Shown: positions 37,504 to 51,276, counted from the stretch's first letter. The stretch: DNA of 64,000 bases from Octopus vulgaris (GCA_951406725.2 OX597832.1:18662001-18726000); one strand, 5' to 3'. Program-made: numbers and translations. Notes: generated from the sequence alone by a model not told the origin.

Positions 37504-37734
37504 TATTTCTTTACTACCCGCAAGGGGCTAAACACAGAGGTGATAAACAAGGACAGACAAACGGATTAAGTCGATTATATCGACCCCAGTGCGTAACTGG
37601 TATTTAATTTATCGACCCCGAAAGGATGAAAGGCAAAGTCGACCTCGGCGGAATTTGAACTCAGAACGTAACGGTGGACGAAATACGGCTACGCATTTCG
37701 CCCGGCGTGCTAACGTTTCTGCCAGCTCGCCGCC
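37504..37734 (-). mobile_element. SINE family B (tRNA head plus Meta-domain-like), full length
   Basis: Minus strand GGCGGCGAGCTGGCAGAAACGTTAGCACG..GAGTTCAAATTCCGCCGAGGTCGACTTTGCCTTTCATCCTTTCGGGGTCGATAAATTAAATACCAG..tail. The CCTTTCATCCTTTCGGGGTCGATAAA block resembles the MetaSINE central domain. Confidence 0.9.
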
Positions 37735-38380
37735 TTATATAGGATACGGGACACTAATATTCTGTCCGATGAGATATTTACTGTCAACGTATGTAGCCGC
37801 ACTATACCTCCTAAAACAGCTCAAATAAACGAGATAATTCTTCTTCATATTGCAATCCTCTATTTTCATATCTAATGGAGTCATTAAATTGTGTCTAAAA
37901 CACAGTCACAATATGGTTTCATTTGTAATAATCTTGGTTTGCGTTTGCTCGATGCGGGTGAACTTGAAGCTTAAAACAACAGCACAAGTACAAAATAATC
38001 GTTTATTCAGGCAGAAGTACCCAACTTAGAAGGATTTTTGTAATCCACTAATTTTAAGCAATGCGTATTATTAATATCCATCAAAAATACAGGATTGCAC
38101 AATTTTTGGAGACAGTGTAACGTGAGGATATCAAACTGCAATACGGCAATACACATCATTTATTGACCTCTGATTGACGAAAAATCAAAAATGACATCAC
38201 AACTGATGACCTGTAAATCTACACTGTATTTAGTATGTATTTAGATATATAATTGCATACATATATATATGTGTATATATGCTTTTATATATATATATAT
38301 CTGTATATATATATACATATATATGTGTATATATATATATATATATACATACATACCTACACATACATACATATTTATGT

Positions 38381-38419
<39 letters not shown>

Positions 38420-39284
38420 TGTATTTATGTAACACGTCCTCTCTGATTTATTTATCATAATTACTGTTAACCTCGTTAATTTATCACACAGCCCTCACGA
38501 GAGATATCCTTCCAGTCCTATTTCCTTACTACATTCATTCATCGATTCGTTCAATCAATCTTTCCTTCATTTACTCGAAATTTTCATTGCTTTTCCTTGT
38601 TATTGTATATTTCCTATCCATTAATTTTCCCATACATTCTTCGATTTTTTACCTCTATTTATTTACTTATTTATTTATTTACTTACTTTTATTTGCTTTG
38701 TTACGCTGTTTCCGCTATATTTTTACCATTCTTTGTGTCCCTTTCCTCTATTTCCTTCTTTACTCAATTCGTATCCCCTATTCAATGTTATTAGGTATTT
38801 CTCCCCAAAGACCCGTCCTTCTGTGTTTCCAAAGTTTCCCTAATATTTACCTTTCAGCACTATTTGTCTTTTCTCCCTCCGTCGTATTCCCTCCCCTCTT
38901 ATATTTTAGTTATACTTTAGATTCCTTTTCTACATGTTACGCAGAAGATCAGACAATCTATCAATCTATATAGCTATTTATTCAGTTCTTATCTCTCTCC
39001 GTCACTGTCTAAATCATTCGTTTTTCTCCCACTGCTATCCAGCTAACATATACCTAAGCTTGAATGTGTGTACATAGCGGGTAGAATAATGCAAACAAAA
39101 GAAAACTCAACATGAAAATGTAGAATATAACACCAATAATTGTCGTCAAAACTAGACTTAATGTCGAGCGAACTTTAATTCAAATTTGGGATGGAAACGT
39201 ATACGTGTACTCACAACAAGCACGTATACCCAAATACAGATACTCACACAAACTTATATGTATGTACGTATATATATATATATA

Positions 39285-39335
<51 letters not shown>

Positions 39336-39388
39336 CCTCTATTTACATAATATCGAGGTATCTTTTATTTTTTTGTTGTCTTATCTCT

Positions 39389-39439
<51 letters not shown>

Positions 39440-39990
39440 CTAATGTAGGATAAAACGTTTTCGAAAAAGAATTTTATCAATGGCCAGCATATCAAAAAAT
39501 ACCATTAAAGGTAAAGTTATAAATAACTTATAAAATAAGGGCAAATGAAAAATTCTAATGCCAAATATGCCGAAAAAAGACAAATTGTCAATAATCATTA
39601 TAATTTATGCGTCTCGAAACAAGCCGACAGAAATTTCTAAAAAATTCCGTTATAACCGTATTGGTCCTAATTTCAGAAATAATTCCTAAGAATGTTCTCC
39701 TCCTCAGCGATAAATACGTAAGACATAAATGAATTACTTACTCATATCAATGGAAAAAGCAAGCACTTACTCCTGTGCAGACCCGAGTTCCCCAAATATA
39801 TCCAAAATAGAAAATATTCAGCACATCTCGAGATGTTCATACAACACCACTTAATGTGGTTTTAGAGTCAAGTTTTGACTGCTATTTCCAGTGTGGAGGT
39901 ATCTCTTAGATACCCTAAATTACAATTGTAAATAATTATTACCTTTGAAGGGATTTTACTCCCATGCTATCCACCGGAAAAATCGGTATT
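39440..39990 (-). mobile_element. Possible Penelope-like terminal region between (TA)n tracts
   Basis: Minus strand ATTTATCG-CTGAGGA-GGAGAACA...TGTTTC-GAGAC-GCATAAAT resembles a decayed hammerhead with a long stem II. Confidence 0.35.
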
Positions 39991-40012
39991 TAAATATCGA
40001 TCTTATCCTTAC

Positions 40013-40045
<33 letters not shown>

Positions 40046-40055
40046 AATGTATATA

Positions 40056-40475
40056 TCTCTTATTATAAAAGGCAGATTTTATCTGCCTCCCTTTGGGAGT
40101 TATACAAATCTACAATATAGGATTTCTTCAATTACAATTTACCTTGCATTTTTGAGAGTACAATGCATCGCCTCATGCCAGGTCCAGTTTTTAAAATTTA
40201 AACTCCAATTAAGCAAAATTTACAGAAAACTCACATTCTGGTGTGTGTGTCAAATGCTTTTCTTAGTCTGGTTTACAGCACACGCAAACGCACACACACA
40301 GTGGGCAACGAATAAAATGAAAGTAATTGACTTACTGTAGTGAGTGATTCTTTCACTCTGCCTCCCACTTCCTCTTTCAACACATAGACACGCAAATATA
40401 TAAATAAAATTGTAAGCTAACGTGCGTGTGTGTGAGTGGGTGTGTGTGGGTGTGCGCGCGTGTGTGTGTGTGAGG

Positions 40476-40521
<46 letters not shown>

Positions 40522-40560
40522 GCGTGAGTGTGTGACAGGAAAGTTTTTACAACGAATATA
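40056..40560 (+). mobile_element. Non-autonomous Helitron-like element, 3'-truncated
   Basis: Starts A|TCTCTTATTATAAAAG, similar to the 5' end of the complete element at 41852. Internal (TG)n; no CTAG end found. Confidence 0.5.
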
Positions 40561-40585
40561 TAACACCTATATCCAAGTAGCAGAA

Positions 40586-41065
40586 AGATAAGACAGTAAG
40601 GTGTGATTTGAGGGAGATTTGGCTGCTATTTCTACCATGTCTAGCTGCCATGTAGGGGTCTCCCTCATAAGCTCATACATACATATATACATAGATAAGA
40701 CAGTAAGGTGTGATTTGGGGGAAATTTGGCTACTATTTCTAACAGGTCTAGCTGCCATGTAGGGGTCTCCTCATAGGCTCATACATACATATATACATAG
40801 ATAAGACAGTAAGGTGTGATTTGGGGAAAATTTGGCTGCTATTTCTACCAGGTCTAGCTACCATGTAGGGGTCTCCCTCATAGGCTCATACATACATATA
40901 TACATAGATAAGACAGTAAGGTGTGATTTGGGGGAGATTTGGCTGCTATTTCTACCAGGTCTAGCTACCATGTAGAGGTCCCCCTCATTGGCTCATATAT
41001 ATATACATACATAAGACAGTAAGGTGTGATTTGAGGGAGATTTGGCTGCTGTTTCTACCAGGTCT
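40586..41065. repeat. ~107-bp minisatellite, ~4.5 copies
   Basis: ATAAGACAGTAAGGTGTGATTTG..ATTTGGCT.CT.TTTCTA recurs near 40588, 40695, 40801, 40908 and 41011. Confidence 0.95.
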
Positions 41066-41132
41066 GTTAGGCCTTCTCATGTAAACTCAAGCTTTCTCAT
41101 GCCTTGAACATAAGACCAAAGCAGAGAATGTA

Positions 41133-41350
41133 TTCTTTTATTCTTCTGCTTTTTCCAGCCATTGGCCTGTGGCCATGCTGGGGCAATGCCTTGAAGAATT
41201 GTAGTTTAATGAATCAACTCCAGTTTTATTTTTGTAAGCATTGTACTTATTCTATCTGTTTCCTTTGTCAAACCACTAGGTGACAGGGATGTAAACAAAC
41301 CAACATTCGTTGTCAAGCAGTGGTGGAGGACAATCACAAGCACAGACACG
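41133..41350 (-). mobile_element. SINE family A 3' half, degenerate
   Basis: GGCCATGCTGGGGCA..GTACTTATTCTATC..GTAAACAAACCAACATTCGTTGTCAAGCAGTGGTGG. Confidence 0.7.
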
Positions 41351-41440
41351 CACACACACACACATACATGCATACACATATACACACATACATACATACA
41401 TACATATATATATATGTGTGTATATATATATTGCAGCCTG

Positions 41441-41679
41441 GAAGGTGTTTCTAAGCCATTTAAGAAACACACAAAAACCGTTACATTCACTTCAACATTT
41501 AAATTTAATTTGCCAAAATATTTTCGTCGCTTTGAGACCGCGACCTGTTCACTGACAAAAATATCGTGCTAACAGGTCGCGGTCTCAAAGCGACGAAAAT
41601 ATTTTGACAAATTAAATTTAAATGTTGAAGTGAATCTAACGGTTTTTGTGTGTTTCTTAAATGGCTTATAAACACCTTC
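41441..41679. repeat. 109-bp near-perfect inverted repeat (fold-back) with 21-nt loop
   Basis: 41441-41549 is the reverse complement of 41571-41679, with 3 mismatches counted by eye. Confidence 0.95.
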
Positions 41680-41851
41680 AACACTGCAACTGTTTTCGTT
41701 CCAGCACACGATCTCAGATCAAGTCACTTGCTATGCAAGTACATCTCTGTAACTATATATATATTTATATATATATATATATGTATATTGGTAAAAACAG
41801 TAAGATAACAAAAGAAAGAAAGAGACCTCAATATTATGTAAATAGAGGAAA

Positions 41852-42246
41852 TCTTTATATATAAAAGTGAGGTTGTGTGTCTGTCTCCTACGATTTAGAT
41901 TCCTAACTACTCCCACATTTTGCGGTGCAGTTTAACCAAAACCGGGTATCTTATAGTCGTGATTCATATCGAGACCGTCTGGGTATTAGCGCGCGTCTAC
42001 GATGAGTCTACGATTTAAAAAAAAATTTACCATCAATTTTTCCCATTTTTAATCCATTTTTGACATATATAAGGGAAGTAACTCTCTAAAATTTATTATT
42101 AAATCTCAGAACGTAAAAAGCTACAGTAACACCCCTCCCCCTTTGTGGTTAGCCATATTGAGATGGCTATTATACTTTACATCTCTAAAAATGGTTATAT
42201 AATTATTTCCCTTACAAACCCGAGCAACGCCGGGCGATACTGCTAG
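41852..42246 (+). mobile_element. Complete non-autonomous Helitron
   Basis: 5' A|TC (TCTTTATATATAAAAG), subterminal GC hairpin CCCGAGCAACGCCGGG, 3' CTAG|T, no TSD. Confidence 0.9.
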
Positions 42247-42260
42247 TATATATATATATG

Positions 42261-42311
<51 letters not shown>

Positions 42312-43055
42312 ATATATATATATATGTATGTATGTATATATATATATCTGTATATATATATATGTATATATATATGTATATATATACATGTATATATATG
42401 TTAATGCAAGCATATACACATATATATTTTACTGTAATGCTTATCCGATGTGCTATTGTTGCTAGCATACCTAATATGAAATACCAAAAGCAACCACAAC
42501 AATAATAGTAATAACAACTATGTTGGTGTTGGTAGTGGTGGTGGCGATTTTGGTGGTGATGACGGTAATGACGATGACGATGAGGGTGATTATGGTGGTG
42601 ATGAAGCATTGTGTTAGCGCTGCGATATATTGCACCGCGTTATTACCTGAAGGGCGCATTTGTCGCACGATTTCCCGGTACTTAGTTAATGCGTTTAAGC
42701 GAATTGGATCGGAGTACGTGTTATTAGAAACGTTTATATATTTCAAATTCATACACAACTGCAAATAAATGATGGGAAGAGATGCCCCGGGCGGGAATGA
42801 AATAGTGAGATGCTGGGGTAGAGGAAGGAGAGATATAAATGCAACTTCCTTGGTGAAAGTGTGTAATCTCTTCTATTAAAGATGGAAAGAATATAAAATA
42901 TAAACAAAAGTATTCTCCGAAAATAACAACGTACCATATTTTGTGTATTTACGTATTTATTTATTTAGTTATTTATTTATGTATTATATTTTTTGCTAAA
43001 GATTATGGGTAAAGCTGTATTCCTATGTTTGCATGTATTTCAGCAAACATCTACA

Positions 43056-43095
<40 letters not shown>

Positions 43096-43138
43096 CACGG
43101 ATACATACATCATACAAACAACAAACACATAAATTTAC

Positions 43139-43176
<38 letters not shown>

Positions 43177-43216
43177 ATATTATCATATATGTGTATATAT
43201 ATTCATATATACATAA

Positions 43217-43291
<75 letters not shown>

Positions 43292-44012
43292 AGTATATAC
43301 TAATCTATATATAACTATACATATATATGCTCATTCACAGAAGCACATATATACACACAAACACATACGCACACCTAAGCATTGATATGTTGGAATGAAA
43401 GAGTGCAAAAGCGAAAGTGAAAGTAGAAGATAAATTCTGTGTCGGACTAAGAGGAAACGTAGAGAACAAACGTGATAGAGAGGTAGACAGAGAGTAAACT
43501 TAGTTATCTTTTCTCTTGTTCATCTTGTATTTCATTCCCGTCGGTCTATTTGCCTTTTTTTGTTTTTTCTGTATCACTTGCCCATTATCTGCAATCACAG
43601 TAATAAGGTCCGCTAACAGGATGTAACAAGGAGGACTCTTCCATGTACTAAACCAATGAACGTTCGACGGTCAGAGTTGAAGGAAGGTCACAGAGAAATT
43701 GACATCTGATAAATAGTCATCAGCAACGAAATGCCTGCAGGATATTTATTGATATTATATTAATTTATTGCATTATGTCTGTTATTGAGCGTTTTTCTTT
43801 TCTGTTTTATTGTATTATATTTGGTTCCTGTTTATGATTTCTCTTTTCGCTCTCTTTTCGCTCTCTATTTGTCTTATTTTTTCCAATATATTATCCTCGT
43901 AAACTTATGTCAACGTATGTCTATATGTACGCATGTAAGTCTATATGCTTAAGTATATATATATATATATATATGATATGTATGTATATATGTATGTGTA
44001 TGTATATATACA

Positions 44013-44054
<42 letters not shown>

Positions 44055-44292
44055 TATGTATATGTACACATGTATGGGTGTAAATATATATACATATATG
44101 CATACATAATATATCTATCTCTCTAGCTGTCTCTTTCTATCTACATATCTATATTTCTATCTATCTATCTATGAATATATATATATATATATATATACAA
44201 ATATATATTATATGTAGATATACATACATATAAATACTTATTTATTTACATATTTATATATACACTCAGACACACACACACATACATACACA

Positions 44293-44394
<102 letters not shown>

Positions 44395-44614
44395 CCCATT
44401 AGGATGTTTTTCATGTGAGTGAGATAAAGAAAACTATGGAGATTCTTCTCGATTGAATGTCTTGAATTTTATTGCCTCCTGTTACGAGAAGAGTTATTCG
44501 ATATTTTTCTGAAATCAATGACATCTTTTATATAAATCAGTCAATAATTAATACGATTTCAGTATATATGTAAACATATACCTATGAATATCTATATCTA
44601 TCTATCTATCTACT

Positions 44615-44747
44615 TTGCCTTTCATCCTTTCAGGGTCGATAAATAAAGTACCAGTTACGCACTGGGGTCGATGTAATCGACTTAATACCTATGTCTGTTC
44701 TTGTTTGTCCCCTCTATGTTTAACCCCCTGTGGGCAATAAAGAAATA
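44615..44747 (+). mobile_element. SINE family B 3' half inside (CTAT)n
   Basis: GCCTTTCATCCTTTCAGGGTCGATAAATAAAGTACCAG...GGGCAATAAAGAAATA. Confidence 0.85.
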
Positions 44748-44824
<77 letters not shown>

Positions 44825-45812
44825 TCACGTATATATATATATACATATGTGTATAGATGTATGAATGTGTGTGGGTGTTCATGCATACACTCACATACAC
44901 ACAAATGTAGGGATGTATGTACATTGATATACTTATATAATTTTAAAATATATTCATATCTAGCAGGCGAATAACTGACCGCTAGCGATATTTGTAGGAG
45001 AACAATAAAATAATTGCATATCTGTTGTTATGAGGAAAAAAATAGAAATTAAGTCGTGTAATGAATCCCTTTAAAAAATAGCAAAATCTTGCAAATTCTT
45101 TATTTTGTTTCCACCATTGTGTTGCCGTCTAATCATAATTAATTCCCCTGTACATGACGAAGGGAGATAATTTCCATGCCGAGAGGGTATTTCAGAGCAA
45201 ATAGCGTAAGAGCTCTTATATAAATCACAAATATTTTGAACTTTTAATCTATGAATGTATTTGCTTGCTACTTTCGACCTTATGTGATATATTTTCTTAA
45301 TATATTGTAAGAAAATAATAATATGAGAACAAATAGAAACATGTAGTGATGTTTGAGATGTTGCTTTTGTTGTCGTTGTCATTGTTGTTCTTCTTCTTGC
45401 GGTTCATGGTGTTAATGATGATGATGATGATGATGAGTTGAAGGAAGAGAAGGAGGATGAAGAGAAGGCACATGATGCTGACGAAGTTTATGATTGGGAG
45501 AAGGGGAATAGCATAGACGCCTTTGTATACTACCACGGTGTGGCGCACGAGAAAGGCCGTGGATGATAGTGGAGATAATGGATTTGTTATGCGATGATAA
45601 TGTTCACCTTTCTGATGATGATGATGATGATGATGGTGGTGGTGGATGTGGTGGTGGTGTATTAGTGGTGGTGTATTGGTTGCGGTGGTGGTGGTTGTAG
45701 TGAAGTGGAGGAGGTGGAAGAGAATGATAATAGAGGAGAGGACAATTCACAACGGTAAAATAATATTGAAATAGATGAAGAAAAAGGAAATATCATTATT
45801 ACAATTATTGAA

Positions 45813-46270
45813 GAAGGCTGGTTAGCACACCGGGCAAAATGCTAAGCGTCATTTCGTTCGTCATGGCATTCTGAGTTCAAATCCTGCGAGTCAACTTTGC
45901 CTTTCACTGTTTCGAAATCGATAACTTAAGCACTGGGGTCGGTGTATTCGATACTCCTCTCTACCAAATTTCAGGCTTTAAGAAGGTGGCGAACTGGCAG
46001 AATCATTAGCATGTTGAACGAAATGCAAATCCCACGTTCTGAGTTCAAATTCCGCCGCGGTCGACTTTGCTTTTCATCCCTTGGGATCGATAAATTAAGT
46101 ACCAGGGAAACTCTGAGGTCGATATAAACGACTAGTACTCTCCCACACATTTCAGGTTTAGTGCCTTTAGTAGAAAATATTATTATTATTATTATTATTA
46201 AAACGACCAACCGGTAGAAACGTCAGCGCGCCGGGAAAAGTACTTAACAGATTTTTCTTCGTCGTCACGT
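45813..46270 (+). mobile_element. Tandem cluster of 2-3 SINE family B copies
   Basis: Heads at ~45815, ~45983 (GGTGGCGAACTGGCAGAATC) and ~46205; B box GAGTTCAAAT occurs twice. Confidence 0.75.
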
Positions 46271-46721
46271 TCATCTTGTCATTATTTTTCTTGTCTATTT
46301 TTCCTGTCTATTTTGATGAGTTAATTCCATTCAGTGTCCAGTTAATAATAGTGTAGCTGTAATCTATAACTAGGACGGTTAGAGTGTCGATACTTATAGT
46401 ATCATTTCTCGTATTGAACTCTATTTTCAGTATTAATCTAACTCGTCAATAGTATTCTTTTCTTATTCTTTCTTTCATTTGATGGTCATCATTTTCATAG
46501 ACTACCGGTCCATTCAGTTCTGGTTTTTAATGGTCTTGCACGTGTAGTCATTCGTACATTTTGTGGAAGAAGTTTAAATATGTACTTCTCGATTGTTATC
46601 GTTGGGTTGAATAATGCGGGTATTATTTAATTTAATTTTCACTTTTTTGTGCATAATGGTTAGGGACGGGGGTGGTCTGGTGTTGATTGGCTCATAATGT
46701 GGCGAGCGTGTTTCCACGTGT

Positions 46722-47080
46722 TGTTAAGTTAAGTTAATATTTTGGCTCAAAAAGCAAAAAAGCAAGGCCATGTAGGGGGACATGGAGTTATGTACAGGGT
46801 GGTATTCATGCAAAGTGTTCAGGCCATTTCTGGTCAAGGGAGGCTTTGAACCGAGCGGTCGTCGGCATCTTCGCTATCTCGTCCGGCAGCTTATTCCACG
46901 GATCCGCAACCCGGACGGAGAAAGCCCCTCTCCTTCGATTTAGATGAAATCGTGGCAGATAGAGCTTTTCGGAGTGACCCCGCAGCCGACGCTCTGGAGC
47001 AGGAGTGAAGAACAGCTCTTTCGAGAGGTTACACTTTCCGCTCATGATGTTGTGAGCAAGAATGAGATCACCACGGCGAG
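46722..47080 (-). mobile_element. CR1-clade LINE 3' end (ORF2 C-terminus, 3' UTR and (TTAAC)n tail)
   Basis: RRGDLILAHNIMSG..RLRGHSEKL..RRGAFSVRVADPWNKLP..FKASLD matches the CR1 terminal motifs RGDLI, RGH..KL, FS.RV..WN.LP and FK..LD. Short tandem TTAAC tail. Confidence 0.9.
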
Positions 47081-47434
47081 CGATGGAGATGACAGACAGT
47101 TAAAATACGTAATTTCATCTGGAAAATAGAAATAACTTTTAGTATTTCTTCATCAGATATAATCCAAATGATGACAAACGTATGCATATCTAATTATAAT
47201 TAGCGTTAATGATTATTGATACCATAATCAATACAATATATCGATTTTGAAAACAGAAATTGCGTGACATCGGTGTTGCACTCGGTTTCACTCCAGCAAG
47301 ATTGCAGAAATAGTTCATCTGTGTCGCAGAATATGAAACCCAACCCAACCAGAAAAGCCTTGATGTCTTATTTCTTTAAATTGTATTCGCTTATACGTTT
47401 TGTTTTATTATCACATATTATTATCACACACACA

Positions 47435-47526
<92 letters not shown>

Positions 47527-47607
47527 GGGAATATGATTCCAAACTTACAGGGAAAAATTCAATTTAGTAATAAATAATCAAATTTCACAATATATAATAT
47601 ATGTATA

Positions 47608-47699
47608 TAAATTAGAGAAGAACCACCATGTAGCAATTCAATGATATAATTTAGTTATATCATTGTTGAATTGCTACATGGTGGTTCTTCTGTAATTTA
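47608..47699. repeat. ~90-nt near-perfect hairpin
   Basis: AGAAGAACCACCATGTAGCAATTCAA-TGATATAA-tttag-TTATATCA-ttg-TTGAATTGCTACATGGTGGTTCTTCT. Confidence 0.9.
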
Positions 47700-48002
47700 C
47701 ACACACACACACACACACATATATATATGTATATATGTTTGTGTGTATGACCATACGTATGCGTGTGCGAGCGTGTATATATGTTTGTGTGCGTCTATGT
47801 GCTTCTTTAAAATACTACATACATCATCACACATTACATACCTTAACTCCACATCTTTCGAAATTTCCTAATGTGCTTGTTTTCCATACAAGTCTGGGTA
47901 TCCTGTTTGCCTGTAACTCTAAATGCAAGATTAGTACATGTATGTATTTTTTCCAAGCCTTTTAGCTAATAAAGGAAATTTATATCTGTGATTCTGTTGT
48001 AC

Positions 48003-48390
48003 AGCGGTGAGCTGGCAGTATCATTAGGCCATCGGACAAAGTACTAAGCGATAAGTCTTCCGACTTTGGCTTTTATCATTATTTAAGGGTCCATAAATTA
48101 AATACCACTTGATCATTGGGGTCGACGTATCCCATTCCTCCAAATGTTAGGCATTGGGGATATATTAGAAATAATTTTTATACAGGCGGTGAGCTGGCTG
48201 AATCGTTTGCACGCCCGAGAATATTCGTCACCTCATTTCGTCTCCTCTGAAGTTCTTTGAATTTAAATGTCTCCGAGGGAGACCTGCTTTTCATCTATTC
48301 GGGGTTCATAAAGTAAGTGACAGGGAAGCGAAGAGAGAGAGGTAACCAACGAATACCCTCTTCTTAAAAGTTTCAAACCTTGTAACTATG
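48003..48390 (+). mobile_element. Two tandem degenerate SINE family B copies
   Basis: Heads GCGGTGAGCTGGC at ~48005 and ~48186; Meta-like CTTTTCATCTATTCGGGG. Confidence 0.7.
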
Positions 48391-48472
48391 GCAGAATGGA
48401 TAATTATCGTATAGTTTCTTAATTCTAATCATTTCCTTCTACGACATATACATAGAAAGCCACGGGAGTGAC

Positions 48473-48606
<134 letters not shown>

Positions 48607-49135
48607 ACAGCGACAGTGGAGGTGATGATATTAGAAGTATCATCATCGTCATGAGCATCATTTTTTTTTTTTTAATTTCATAATTTCCACGAACAGAAGC
48701 GAACAACCCAAGCGGAACTACTGCAAACACATCGATTGCAGCAACGTCACCTACAACTACCATCATCATCATCATCATCAGCTACCAACCAATCTAACCA
48801 AAAGCATTACCCACCACCACCAGCAAATCACCACCATCACCACAAGCAACAGCAAGTCCAAAGCCATTATAGAACACACAAACAACAAACGTAAAGAAAA
48901 TAGTTACGCGTTATATAAGGGCATTCATATTCTAATACACGGCATATAATGAATGAGTTACTTTGCAGTCTTATTAGATTTGTATCCTAACGTTATGATT
49001 AATGTATCTCTATATGGATTATCGTTTCGTTTTTGTTTGTTTTTCTTTTCTTTCACACATGCGTGTGTATGTTTCTCTACGTATTTGACTATATATCTAT
49101 AAATATACATATATACAGATAATATATAGTATACG

Positions 49136-49194
<59 letters not shown>

Positions 49195-49210
49195 TGTGTG
49201 TGTATGTATG

Positions 49211-49261
<51 letters not shown>

Positions 49262-49407
49262 ATGTTTGTGTGTGAATTTATCTACGTATAGCTATACGTA
49301 TATATGTATTCACTTATGCTTATATATAAGTGTATATATATATATATATACAAATATATTTATACATACATATATAAATATATATATATATACATGTATA
49401 TATATGT

Positions 49408-49515
<108 letters not shown>

Positions 49516-49858
49516 GCATATGCACACATACAGTCACACGGACATGTATATGCATATATATACACATATATGCATTTTGCTGTGAATTGAGCGCTTTGTT
49601 TTCATTTTTACATATGTTTTTTTACGCTACTTTTGCATTTTTTTTTCTTTTGATTTGTTTTTCATACATCTTTGTTGTCAATATTCTTCTATCCGTTCCG
49701 TTCGTTATCAGACAATATTTTTAAAAGACTAGCAGTAGAGAAATTTTAACTGCGCTAACCATGAAAGAGGGAGAGTGACAAAAAAAAAAAAGGGGGGGGG
49801 GGCGAGTGCCAGCGATCGAGAGAGAGGGAGAGCTTGCGAAGGGGATAGTGGGAATGAG

Positions 49859-49908
<50 letters not shown>

Positions 49909-50201
49909 AAAGGAGCCTGTAAAAATTTGTGCGGAGATCATGAAGTTCGATAAGGTTTGGTTCACTGAACATGACAGAGACCCCATTATAGAGATAAGAG
50001 ATTCCTATTTCTCTGTCGGTTTGATAGTAATACAGTTTATCATGGTTTTGGTTCTTCTGTAAAACGATAGGCACACATCAGCCAAAACGGCAACAATGGC
50101 TTGCAATGGCTGCCGAAGTTAGTTTCACTCAACGCACGTTACTCATAACATGTGTGCGAATGTGGATATGTGTATATATATATATACATATACATAGCTC
50201 C

Positions 50202-50262
<61 letters not shown>

Positions 50263-50417
50263 ATGTACATATATATAATATATGTAAATATAATATTCAT
50301 ATATAGTGTATATATATGTATATATAATATTCATATATAATGTATATATATATATATTCATATATATATTTATATATATATATATATATATGCAATATAT
50401 GTGTATTGATATATATG

Positions 50418-50475
<58 letters not shown>

Positions 50476-51276
50476 TATATATGTGCAATATATATGTATT
50501 GATATACATGTATATCTCTCTCTATATATATATATAAGCGTGTGTGTGTATGTATGTATGCATTTATCGTTATATTTACGTATATATTCCTCTATATATG
50601 TATCGTGCAGTCTCCATATCTGCAAACGCGAGCGGGTGTTAGGGGACGTATTTCCTTCCACTTTTCGGTTCCATCCACCAAAAAACAACAACAAAAAAAA
50701 CAAACAACATAACAAAAATATAACAATAATGACACAATACATATACGAAAGACGAAAGAGAACAGTTAAAAATATGACATTAACAAATACAAAAAATAAA
50801 ACAGATAAGTTTATTTTGTCTTAATATCGAAAGTGATATACTGACGTCAGTTATTATTAGAATATTAATACGATTATCGTTCTTTTTATCAACATCATCA
50901 TCATTATTATTGTTATTATTATTATTATTATTATTATTGCGATCGTTTTGCAGTCGGCCTCTCTCTAAAATAAATGTGATGGAAACCAACCTATTTCAAG
51001 TCAAACTTTGTCTCAAACGCTTCCTTCCGCTTCTATAACTAATCTTTGCTGTTAGCTCTCTGTTATCTTTGGGGAGGTGAAGACCAAAAGAACCAAAAAA
51101 AAAAAAAAAAGAAAAAAAAAATTCCAGAAGCGAAATGCCCGGGCGGAAAGAACTGGGCAGGGCGCCGCCCTATGAAGTGACGAACATGTAACGATGCAAG
51201 CAAGAAATTGTTTCATGTGTTTGTGTTTGTGTTCGTCTCCCTCTCGGTACATATATCCATGTCTAAGAATGTATGT

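Noticed and set aside
40586-41065. Regularly spaced repeats that could suggest a CRISPR array (also 5878-6318)
   Set aside because: The whole unit repeats with no unique spacers, the context is eukaryotic, and there are no cas genes.
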